Source of the DNA: Leucoraja ocellata
Taxonomy: Eukaryota
Reading direction: 5' to 3'
Assembly: GCA_036785375.1 (NCBI GenBank)
Contig: JAWMAR010000596.1
Coordinates: 930,001-994,000, forward strand
DNA length: 64,000 nt
Within the stretch, counting starts at the first letter, position 1. Each line of letters starts with the position of its first letter. This document shows positions 53,005 to 64,000 of this stretch, piece by piece. Made by a program: the position numbers and the translations under genes. The notes under the pieces were generated by a model. The model did no database searches. It was not told the DNA's origin and saw only the letters and a program-made list of their open reading frames with translations.

Positions 53005-56000
53005 CAAGATCATCCTGAAGCACTTCACACTGAACAGAAGAAGCCGGAGCAAATAGAACAGAGGTGAAGCCAGCTACGAGTGATGCTGTCACCTCACCTC
53101 AGATAACTGCCCATATTGGGGCCGGGATAGAAACCTGTATCTTCTCTGTCTTGCCTGTACAGGTAATAGCTAGACGAATACAGCGTTGCAGACATATGTA
53201 TTGTTGGATCATGGAAGATCGGCTACCTTTTGTACCGAAAGCTTGATGAGAAGGCTGGACATTACAGGAGAAAAGGTTAAGATTCTATTGTGTACCATGA
53301 ATGAAGAGAAAGGGTACGTTAGTCATTATATTACAAGCATGGAAATATCTAGTCTGGATGAAGACAATTTTATACCAATATCTGAGGTGTTTACACATGA
53401 GACCATGCCTGTTTGTCATCAAAATATACCCTAGGACTTGAAATAATGGCCTTACTTGAAGGATGTCAAGATACCTAAAATAAATTCTGGTATCAACCTA
53501 CTTATCGGAACGAATGCTTTGAAGGCATTGGAACCTATACAGACTGTGAGGAGCCATGGGGATGGACAGTTTGCTGTGAAAACCGTACTTGGATGGGTTA
53601 TCTATGGCTCATTGAGAAGGAACATCAGAAGCAGGAACCAGAATAACCACCTTGCTGCTGCTGTCAATCAAATATCTACTGTTAAATTAGAGGAGCTATT
53701 GATCAAGCAATACAATCATGACTTCAATGATAGCACCGATAAGGAATCAGAAGAAATGTCCAGAGAAGAATCCAAGTTTTTGACTATTATGAACCACTCA
53801 GTAAAGATGATAGAGGGACACTATTGTCTAGATGTACCTTTCAAACAAGAAAGTGTTAGTCTGCCGAATAATCATTGCATTGCAGAGCAACACACCCAGA
53901 ATCTGAAACGCATGTTTGGCAAGAATATGAAATTTCATGAGGAATATACGTCTTTCCAAAAAGACATGATTGATAATGATTATGCCGAAGTTGTACCAAC
54001 AAACCAACTAAATTGAAGTGATGTAGAGCTTTTGTGTATTCCGCACCATGGGGTGTATCACTCGAAGAAAGGGACCCTGAGGGTGGTCTTTGACTGTCCT
54101 GCAGTCTTCAAAGGGTCATCATTCAACTGCCAACTACTGCAGGGTCCAGACTTTACCAACTCATTCATTGGAGTTCTTATTAAATTCAGACAAGAACCAA
54201 TTGCTTTGATGGCTGATATTAAAGCGATGTTTCATCGTCAAAGAATCAGAAAAACACATTGACTACTTGCGATTCCTATGGTGGCCTGATGGGGATGCAC
54301 AACAAGATCTTGTTGAATACTGGATGAAGGTACATCTCTTTGAAGCAGTGTCATCACCTAGTTGTGCGAACTTTGCATTAAGGAGGACCGCAGAGGACAA
54401 TAAAGCTCACTTTCCAGAAGAAGTGACAAACACTGTGAAGAATAATTTCTATGTGGATGACTACTTAAAATCCATGTCTAAGGAGCAGGAAGCAATTCAA
54501 ATGGTAAAACATCTGACCTCCTAAGGGAGGATTCATGCCTTCCAAGTGGATCAGCAACAGCCGTGTTGTATTGGAAAGCATTCCACTAGATGACAGAGCC
54601 AAGGAGAGCAGGAAGTTGGATTTGGACAAAGATAATCTGCCAATTGAAAGAGCACTCGTGTTCAGATGTGTTCAAGTTCAGAATCTCGATTCAAGAGCGA
54701 TCATGTACAAGAAGGGGTATCCTGTCTGTGACTGGTTCTGTTTATGGCCCTTTGGGATTTCTTGCACCATTTACACTTCCAGCCAGGTTAATTTTGCAGG
54801 ATCTCTGTAAGAAAAAGCTTGGATGGGATGAGGGTATAATGCAAACCTCTTCTCAGCGATGGACAGAATGGTTAATGGATCTTGACAAGATCTCGGAGTT
54901 TAAAGTGGACTGGTGTATAAAACCTACAAACTTTGGTAAGATCAGATGTGCACAGTTGCAACATTTTTCTGATGTCAGTGAAAGTGGCTATGGTACTGTT
55001 TCATATCTGAAACTGGAAAATGATGACGATAAAGTACATGTTGCATTCTTAATGGGAAAGGCCAGAGTGGCACCATTGAAGCAAATGACAATTCCCAGAA
55101 TGGAACTTACTGCCGCAGTCTTAGCTGTTAAAGTTGACATCATGCTAAGGAAAGAACTACAGCCTCAACTGGAACAATCTACCTTCTGGGCTGATAGCAT
55201 TACAGTGCTTAAGTACTTCAACAATGAGAATTTTCTAACATTTGTAGCAAACAGAACCTCTTATGTAAGGGGTGCTACTAATGTTTCACAGTGGAAATAT
55301 ATTAACATAAAGGAAATTCCTTCGGATGAAGCTTTTAGAGAACCAACAGCAGACCGCTTCTTAAGCAATAATAGATGGATCAATGGACCACAGTTTCTCT
55401 GTAGATCAGAGAGAGAATGGCCAAAGCTTGAGCTGGGATTTCAAATCTCTGCTAATGATCCGGAAATTAAACAAAACATCACAGTGAACGTTATTGCTAA
55501 AGATTCAATAAACACAACAAATTATTTAATTACCCACTTTCCATCATGGAAGAAGCTGGTGAATGTGGTGGCTTGGTTTCTAAAAGCAAAAACAAGGTTA
55601 TTGCTGTTTGCTCAAAAAAGGAAAGAGATTGCTAAAAGCATTTCTGAAGAAGATTCTGAAAAACTAAAGGAAAAGGTTGAAAAGAAAATGCACTTTTTCA
55701 AGGCATCATATGACTTTCAAGGATTACATCTTGATGATCTCAAAGCGGTAAACGCGATTATTTCTTTCTGTCAAAGACAGAAATACAAAGAGGAAATATC
55801 GACGTTAGAAGTTGGAGTACATGGTGTCAAAAGAGACAGTCAATTGTATAAGCTGGATCCGGTATTGGAAGAAGGACTTCTGAGAGTGGGTGGTCGTCTG
55901 AATAGACTAGCAATGCCTGAAGAGGCCAAGCATCCTATTATTCTCTCGAAGGACTTTCATATGTCAACGTTATTGTTAAGACATATCCATGAACTGATCG

Positions 56001-56743
56001 GACATGGAGGAAGAAGTTTCATGCTGTCAAAACTTTGGACTTTTGAGTTTTGGACTATTTACTGGGTACCATGCCTGACGTTAAGGGTTTGGTACGTACA
56101 GTATGACTTCAGACTAAAAACATTTTTTTAATAAGACCCATAACCAAGTTATGCTTGCTTCTAGAAGGCGAAGGTGAAGATGGAAGAATCGCTAAAGAAG
56201 TCTGAATGCTGATAAATAATGCATGTTATTTTTTGTTTTTTGATATATTAAGTTAAGCTTTTATAGCTTCTTTTTTAATGTCTATTAGTAATTGCCTCGT
56301 TATATACTCAGAACAATTAGTAGCCATTTAGCTTAACTCAGTATGTTATAACTATAACCAGTTACCTTTAAATTTTATCTGCCTGTAATTATGTGGGTGG
56401 GATTTATACGTAGTCTGAGGCGTCTAAGCGGCGGAGATTCTCGCATGGACTCCCTAGTAGTTAGTTTAGTTTGAGGAAGAGATAGTTTTTGATCATGCAC
56501 GAGCAGGACCACGAGATTATGATCGAAATGTACTTATACAAGAAGAAGCCTTTGTGATTATCTTACTGTTTGTACTATTACAATAAAGAAATTATTAATC
56601 AAAAGAAGATTTATCTTTCGATGGCATTGAATGTCTCGTGGAGAGCTTGTGAGTGCGTATAGATTACCTTCTGATCCTCTGTCATCAATCAGGACTGTGA
56701 CTATCAGGACTAAATCCTTGAGAATATAAAATCTGTCACTACA
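53005..56743 (+). mobile_element. Degraded BEL/Pao LTR retrotransposon (copy B) in the last MTM1 intron; 3' LTR ~56404-56743
   Basis: Same motifs as copy A; ORFs 53186-56131 including a 513-aa RNase H/integrase-start frame. Confidence 0.9.
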
Positions 56744-56980
56744 CTGGTGGTGTCCGCTTTTAAGCTTTTGTACCTTCTGCTGGACTGGAGTAGGAAGAAG
56801 AAAAAGGAATGACCAGGTTGGGACGAGTCTTTCAATATGTTTGCTGCTGACTGCTTTTCCAAAGCAACTTATCCATGTTCTCTTGAGAAGCTTCCTGTCC
56901 TGCTGGCTTTCTCCAGCACTGTGTTTTTTAAATGGTTAAAGTATTTGGTTAATGCTCTTTCTTGTTCTATCTCTCAACAG

Positions 56981-57157
56981 CAAGACCCAGTTCAACAGCG
57001 ATACAAAGAATTGTTGGTTGTGAGGGAGCAGCTATTGAAGAAACTTGAGGAACTACAGATTATGGATTCTTCAACAGGAATGCTTCCACATGTTTCTAAT
57101 TCATCCACTCCATCCTCTCCTGTGCCAGTGTCTCCACGATCACAGACAACTCTCTGA
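56981..57157 (+). CDS. MTM1: Myotubularin terminal coding exon (exon 15 equivalent): coiled coil, S/P-rich tail, PDZ-binding-type end
   Basis: pyrimidine tract + caacag|CAA...TGA; QDPVQQRYKELLVVREQLLKKLEELQ...SPRSQTTL*, matches human [26 protein letters not shown]. Confidence 0.92.
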   Translation, partial: QDPVQQRYKELLVVREQLLKKLEELQIMDSSTGMLPHVSNSSTPSSPVPVSPRSQTTL

Positions 57158-60100
57158 GCTGTGCACATCTGAATTCTTGTAGCTCTGATTACTTTAGAAA
57201 CTGTAAAGAATTTATATATGTTATACTGCAGCATGTTAAAAGGTTGCTGGATAGGGGTGTTGATTTATTTGCATGTTAATACTATAATGCCTCTTTATAC
57301 AAAAAGTGAATTAAAACTATTTTGATAAATATATTCTAAAATTACGCTTGTGCCTTAGTTTAAATGGTAGCAGGCTGCCATTTATGTAGGGTTAATGTCC
57401 TGCTCTTTCTGTTTGCATCAGGTGCTATGCTGACTTTCTTTATCACTGAATAAAGGAAACTGTGGAATTACTCATCTCAAATCCATATGTCGCAGGGGGT
57501 CTGGTAGACCTCTATCAAACTTCTATGGGTTAAACAAATTCAATACCTTTTATAGGATTTCACAGCAAATTACTTATCACACACTGCTTCTGACCACAAT
57601 GTTGTTATCTAGTTAATCAAAGGCCAATACTAAGCATAACAAGCACAGGGTTAGGAAAGCTTTTGAAACGGTGGGGATGAGATTGATCTTAGAGTGTAGC
57701 ACAAAATGGGCAAAAGCAAGGTGTCAACCTGTTTTGTGATCTGCTTGATTCATGGGCAGTAGACTTGGCACAGCTTGCTCGCACAATCTTCCACCCTTAG
57801 TTTCATCCACAGTGTATTTTTCTGTGACCTGCAGTGGTCATATTCTCCTGATTTCACTGTTACTTTATTTCAATATCAAACAAGAATTTGAATAAAAGAT
57901 GACAAGTTCATTTCATTGTTTTTTACAGTCTGAATTTTCCAACATTTTTGTAAGTATGAACTCCCACTGAACAAAACTATCTGTATTTAAAAAAAAATCA
58001 GTAATTCTGCAGGAGAACCCATATTGCCAATGGAGCTATTCAGCTTCACAAATATCCAATGTATTTGTTAATTGGGGTTGTTTGTTGTTAGCTGCGAATG
58101 TTCCACACAATTTAAATAAAATTTGAGATAAGTTTATGAAAATATAATTTGCTCTTGAGAATGTTGACATACCTTGCCCCTTAAAAGTTGTATCCAGGTT
58201 TAGAAATTACATTTTATTATGATGGGTCAGCAAAAGGAGTGACTAATTTTGTAAACTGCTGTATTTTAATAACTGATTAACCTTGGCTTTCATTGTTTGT
58301 CGCCCTGGCACCAATGGATCTAAAAATATCACGTTTAAGCCTGAAAATTTGACATTAAAATCGTGGACCAGAAATTGGCCAATGAGAAGGTATTAATGAT
58401 GCCTACACTGATTCGAAGCTTTAATCCTCAATACTGTGGTGCTGCAGATGTAATGGGTAGTAAAGCATCGTGCGACATCGCACTCTGCGATATTTTTCAA
58501 ATCATTTATATGTCCGCCAGATTTAATATAAATATTAGTTTAGGATTCCATGCTTGTTGTGCAAGGTCCAATTTTCTAAAATGATTTTTCTTTGCATCTT
58601 TAGTTTAATTTTTTTTAATATATAGACTGCAAAAGAGATATATGAATTTAGTTAAGTTGGCAGCACTCAACCAAGTAATTAGTGTGGATCTAAGTTCCAT
58701 TGCAGACCTCTCAACATCCTTTAAGCAGACAGTTAATGTTGCTGTTGAGAGAGCTGTATTGGCCAGAGTAGCAGGCTTCACCCGTATGTAAAATATTTCA
58801 TAGACCTAAAGTGCTGGAGTAACTCCGCAGGTCATGCAGCATCTCTGGAGAAACGGGATGGGTCACGTTATGGGTTGGGACCATTCTTCAGGCACTTCGG
58901 TCTGAAGAAGGGTTCCGACACAAAACGTCACCCATCCTTTTTCTCCAGAGATGCTGCCAAACTTGCTGTGTTACTCTAGCACTTGTGTCTATTTTCAGTA
59001 TAAACCAGCATCTGAGGCTCTTTGTTTCTTTAAAATATCTTATGGTTTTATCTCAAGGATAGTAACCTTATACTTGATTAATATTGATTATTAATTATCA
59101 CTAAGAAACCACATTATTTAATCTTCGATCTTGTGCATTTGGTTTCACCTTGTTAAATCCAAGACATTACCTGTGCACCAACAATAATTGTATTCCAAAG
59201 AGTAATTAATTGATTGTATGATGCCCTGGAACATTCTGACCATGCAAAATCCAATATTTTTTTTAATTGAGCCCAACTTTCAACATTGGTGCAACACCCA
59301 ATTCATATTCATGATGCGTTGGCTTCAAACTACAGAGGCCTACATTGAATTTAGTTGCTCCCTAATCTTTGCCATTTACACGTTATTCCACTGCCATCAG
59401 GAAAAACAATTTAGATAAATCGTGTTTGACCTCAAAGCTTGGATTTCCTAGAAGGCTCTACTTTTACTTTGTTTAAACTCCATTATTTCATGGACAGCTT
59501 TGTTGCCATTGAACTACAATTGGATATGGCCGCTTGTGGGCCACAATAGTTCATCATACATTGTACATCCAGTGTGTTAACACTGAACTGTGCAACAATC
59601 TTACATCAAATCATGACTGTCCATCGGATTTAACTTGTAGACCAAAAGTCTGTGGTAGTTAAAACAGCAAGGCTTAGAATCCAGTGTGGATACTGAGAAT
59701 GCAAGATGATCTAGGTCACTGTTGTCTTCTGCCCTGTTGCAATGTGCAGCTACTTCCTGAATTTTCTGTTGCACATTTCTTTCTAGGGATGGCATACTTT
59801 TGGATTATTTGGGCGTATTACTAACAATGGCTCAGTGTTAAAATAAGTTGAATTCAAGACATAAAAGCTGTAATTGGCTTGAGGTAATTAGTAATAAATA
59901 TAACCGTGTTGTCGCTTCAAATCTTAAATTGTACACTGTCAATTATTCAATTTTTTCTCGATATTCACAAGAAAATTATTAAATAACAAATCCAGGCTGC
60001 TTGAATCGTTTCACTATTGGCTAATCTGTATGAGCAACTTAAATGTCAAGACAAATTGTTTCAGCAGTAGCCCAAGGCTTTTATTTTGTGGGCTATCAAG

Positions 60101-61321
60101 TCTTCGTTATTAATTTATGTTGGCAGATTAAACTGTTATGTTAAGTCTGATACTCTCAGAATTTACTGAAAATCATAGATAATCTTTTGTGGCCAAATAC
60201 CTTTGCTGTCAAATTCTTACCAATCTGATATACAAATGGTTCTCTGTGCTATGGATGGTCTGAATTCAAGCTCGTGCAAGATCACAAGAAGGGGTGAATT
60301 TGGACTGAGTTTCAGGAATGCACATTTCGCATTGTGACTACTGACTGTATTAATTTTGTTCAATGTTGCCTTCAACTACAGCTTGCTTTGTAGCATGTCT
60401 GATGTGAAATGAGCTCGTGTGACTGCAGCACAAGTAAATAGATGCAAAAATACTTCTAAAGTATTGATGAGATGGGATTGATGAGATGCAGTATCTTATG
60501 TAAGGGTGGAAAATGCAACACTTGAATTAAGAGGTCCTTGTGTATATGATATAACCCAATGCTAATCATCTTTTGAGTGTTCTTTTACGCCATGGATAAC
60601 AATTTCCAAATCTTTCAACCAACATTCATTTTTAATGTTCATTAAAATAATTTTATGACTGTTAATGAATGTAACTGACAGCACTTGCATATATTTATTA
60701 TTATGCAGTTTAAAAAAATGGAGACTATATCTTTGTGGGTTAAATGTAGCTTTCATTTTATCTCAATTCATTTTATGCCCTGTTTAGATTTACTTGACAA
60801 TAATGCTTTGCCACTACAGCATGGGTGGAAATGACCCCCAAGATGTTTAAATTCCAGTATTCATGAACATGAGTGAAAAGGGTGATTTTTTTTTTTTTAA
60901 AGCTTGAAAATGTAACATAATATTAACATTTCATTGACATTTCCTAAAAATGTGTGGACACATTTCATCTTTATTGATTTGTAGCATTTTCTTTATTTTT
61001 TTTTCCAGTATATTTATTTTTTCTCAGGATATTTGCCTTGGCTCTCATTTTGCTTTTTGTTTCTACATACGCAGTTTCTGAAAACTGCACATATACTGAG
61101 AGGCGGCAAGATTGCTGGTTATAAAAGTATAAATATGAATACATTAAAGATAATGCTATACAAATAACATTTTTGCAACAATAGAAATAGGGGACTAATC
61201 TTTTAATGTGCATTGTATGCATTGCATTACAAATTGATGTTTATAATGAAACAGTATACAGAATTGATCTATGTTATGTTTGCCTTGTACAGTCAAATAT
61301 GCTACTGTTTAGCTGATGAGA

Positions 61322-61327
61322 AATAAA
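61322..61327 (+). promoter_or_regulatory. Candidate distal poly(A) signal of MTM1
   Basis: AATAAA with an upstream TGTA and a downstream GT-rich tract, at the end of a TE-poor AT-rich region; other AATAAA at 57449, 57891 and 58116. Confidence 0.4.
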
Positions 61328-61732
61328 AATAAGAGATGGTATCTAAGATGTTCTGGTATTTCTCCAATGTGTTTAATGCTAATTTCTCTATTAAACAAAG
61401 ATGCTTAATTACTCCCACACGTGGTGGTGTACTTTTTCCATATCATTTTAAGGCCAAAGTAGATATTTGCAATGCTCTGGGAATATTCTGTTAGTGTATA
61501 TCAGAGGTTACAATGCCCATAACTTTTAAAATACACATAAATTAAGGCATGATTGCAAGCTTTGACCTTTTGTATAAACTTTTTGTATTGCATAAAAAGT
61601 TGTAGCCTTGGAATCAGAGATTCAGAGTTTATTATCCCGAAACATGCTATTTTGCCATGGTATAATTTACGTGGCTTAACTTCCTCTAAGAAATGTTTGG
61701 ATCTGCAGAGTGTAAACATGAAGAATTGATTG

Positions 61733-61942
61733 GACTTTAGAGATACAGTGTGGAAACAGGCCACTGCATCTATGCTGACCAGCGATCACCTGTACACGAG
61801 CACTCTCCTACACAATGGGGACAATTAACAGAAGCCATTTAACCTACAAACCTGTACATTTTGGAGTGTGGGGTTAACTGGAGCATCCAGAGAAAACCCA
61901 ATAAGATCACAGGGAGAAGGTACAAACTCCACACAGACAACA
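61733..61942 (-). mobile_element. tRNA-derived SINE fragment
   Basis: tttagagatacagtgtggaaacaggcc..acaaactccacacagaca, same family as 32985. Confidence 0.7.
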
Positions 61943-62257
61943 TATCTATTGCATGCCAAACTTTACCTGTGTAAAACACAGCTGAAGTAAATCAGCAGGT
62001 CAGCTGATCTGTGGAGGGAAGAGACTGATGATGTTTCAGGTTGGGACCCATCTTCAGACCTGCCTGATGTCTGATCAGCTGAGTTGCTTGAGCACATTGC
62101 TCTTTTGCTTAAGATTCCAGCATCTGTAGCTCCTTGTGTCTCTGAACATTACCCTTTTAAACGGCAAAACCTTTCTTTAAAATAAATGTAGTGATTGAAA
62201 GATGGGCTTTGCAGATTGTAAATTGTATATTACAAGTGATTGATTAATTTGCTCAAA

Positions 62258-62463
62258 TTAAGACATACACTTGCGCATCTCAGAAACTGGACCATCTAAG
62301 GTGCAGGCAGAGGTGGATGAGACATCACCAGGAAAGGTAACAATGATAGCACCATCGCGGCTAACCCTGACTTTCCCATTCATGCTGACTTGAACAATCT
62401 GCCTGAAGTCCTGCAAACTCTTCTGGTCTTCCGTTAAATCACTGGAAGACTTTGACTCCAAGA
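62258..62463 (-). CDS. Possible terminal coding exon of an unidentified convergent gene
   Basis: Non-repetitive open frame LESKSSSDLTEDQKSLQDFRQIVQVSMNGKVRVSRDGAIIVTFPG...CMS*, preceded by a pyrimidine-rich ...ccactcaag; no family recognised. Confidence 0.25.
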
Positions 62464-62569
62464 CTTGAGTGGCGTAGAGTTTGGAAAGATGCCAACACCA
62501 ACAACGGAGAGGTCATCACAGACCCCATGAAATCACCGGGTTTTGACCTCCATCGCAAGCAATGACTAA

Positions 62570-62860
62570 AACCCCCTTTTCACGGGGCGACTTGACGCAA
62601 GAGGTAACCAGAGTTTAACATCGTGGGAACCTCGTGCGGTAACAGTACGGCATTCGTGGACCACCGTGGCGCTAACGGCAGGTAATCGTGTAACTTGGGT
62701 ACTCGGGAGAAAATTCAAACATGTTTGAATTTGTCCAAGAGTGACTTGTACACTTGTGGTTGAGCATTGCAACATTTTATGAACGTAGTGGCCAGTGCGA
62801 TATCCGTAGTAACTCTTGCGGTTACCGTGGGAACTCCTGCGAACGGTGAACCCGGAAGTT
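62570..62860. mobile_element. Truncated CpG-rich DNA-transposon (MITE-like) fragment
   Basis: Starts taaaaccccctttt cacgggg; internal aaattcaaacatgtttgaattt palindrome resembling the centre of the other MITEs. Confidence 0.45.
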
Positions 62861-64000
62861 GGATAGAGTGAATCCAGCCAATTTGCTATTTACATACAAA
62901 TCTAATAAAACTAGCTAACAAGCATTTCATTAATGTCAGTGTGTCTCTTTTTGTCTGAAAGCAGTTTCTAACTGGAGGAACTCCGCGGGCCAGGCAGCAT
63001 CTACGGAGGGAAATTGACAGGCGAGCCTTTCCTCAGGCTGCCTTATCTCTCTACCCTCCCACCCACACACACAAACGCTGGAGAAACTTAGCGGGTGCAG
63101 CAGCATCTATGGAACAAAGGAAATAGGCAACGTTTCGGCCCAAAAAGTTGCTTATTTCTTGTGTATGTGTCGGAAGGAACAGCAGATGCCGGTTTAAAGA
63201 GAATGAGTTCGACGGCAGGCAGCATCTTTTGGGAGAAGGATTTCGGGTCGAGACCCTTCTGATATGCTGCTTGTCCCGCTGAGCTACATGTTGTGTCTAT
63301 CTTTGTTTTAATCCAGCATCTGCAGTTCCTTCCTGGCCGAACCCGATTGAAAGATGAGAGGCTGGGCGATAGAAATCATTAATTGAATTAAATAACTAGA
63401 TACCTGTCTAATCGTATCTACGGGATTGGACAAGCTAGATGGAGGAAGAATGTTCCCGATGTTGGGGGAGTCCAGAACCAGGGTCCCAGTTTTACAGTCT
63501 ACCGTGGGAACTCTTTAATTACAGCGGGAACCCTTCAGTTTCCCAGGGGGTCGGGACGGGACTGGAGTTGGTAGGGAAAGGTGGGGGAGTCGAGGGAGAG
63601 GAGGGGGAGACAGATGGGGGTGTCTTCATTTACTGGCGGTGGGTGTCTGTCACTGAAACAGGCAGGTGAGATTTCGCATTCACCTTGTGTGTGCCTCTCT
63701 CTCTCTCTCCCTCCCTCCCTCTCACACAGGCATGAATGGAGGAACTCCGCGGGCCAGGCAGCTTCTACGGAGGGAAATGGACAGGCGACCCATTCTTCAG
63801 GCTGCCTTATGTCTCTCTCTCCCCCCCCCCCCCCCCCCCCCCCCAACTCCCACCCACACACGCGGATGCTGGAGAAACTCCGCGGGTGCAGCAGCATCTA
63901 TGGAACGAAGGAAATAGACAACGTTTCGGTCCCGCTGCACCATTTCCCTCCGTAAATGCTGCCTGGCCCGCGGAGTTCCTCCAGTCATGCCTGTGTGAGA

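Larger units (their letters stand above)
52436..60720 (+). repeat. Direct copy B of the ~8.2 kb block
   Basis: Matches 1-8217 and continues uninterrupted on both sides. Confidence 0.97.

Noticed and set aside
54590-56131. 513-aa ORF as a domesticated retrotransposon gene
   Set aside because: Begins and ends in out-of-frame sequence, neighbouring domains are broken, and copy A has frameshifting deletions; ordinary decay.
56837-56980. N-terminal extension of the 106-aa ORF containing the last exon
   Set aside because: Intronic read-through upstream of a clear acceptor; the copy A equivalent has a different T-run length that shifts the frame.
62470-62535. VCDDLSVVGVGIFP peptide on the minus strand resembling a SMYD SET-domain segment
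   Set aside because: The required NHSC motif does not follow and the frame is closed by stops; probably chance.

Overview
This is vertebrate genomic DNA, very likely from a cartilaginous fish (skate/ray-type repeat landscape; inference), and is not prokaryotic. The only host gene I can support is myotubularin (MTM1) on the + strand. Nine coding exons matching human exons 7-15 lie at 26458-57157, all with AG/GT boundaries and an intact HCSDGWDRT catalytic loop, followed by a probable 3' UTR of about 4 kb. Bases 1-8217 are a near-identical second copy of 52436-60720 (degraded BEL/Pao retrotransposon, MTM1 last exon, part of the UTR). That copy ends at a 200-N scaffold gap, so it is most likely an uncollapsed haplotype overlap rather than a real duplication. 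The remainder is intronic DNA filled with mobile elements: CR1 and Rex/Babar-like LINE fragments, tRNA-derived SINEs, a full-length but dead Tc1 (IR/DR type), Harbinger-like palindromic MITEs, a Helitron-like element and many Penelope-derived repeats. The most notable signal is that the Penelope-derived repeats carry a minimal hammerhead-ribozyme core (CTGAAGA..stem..GAAACGTC) and often occur as head-to-head palindromes. I found no convincing evidence for a wholly new system. Exon and TIR coordinates were counted by hand; other repeat boundaries are approximate.
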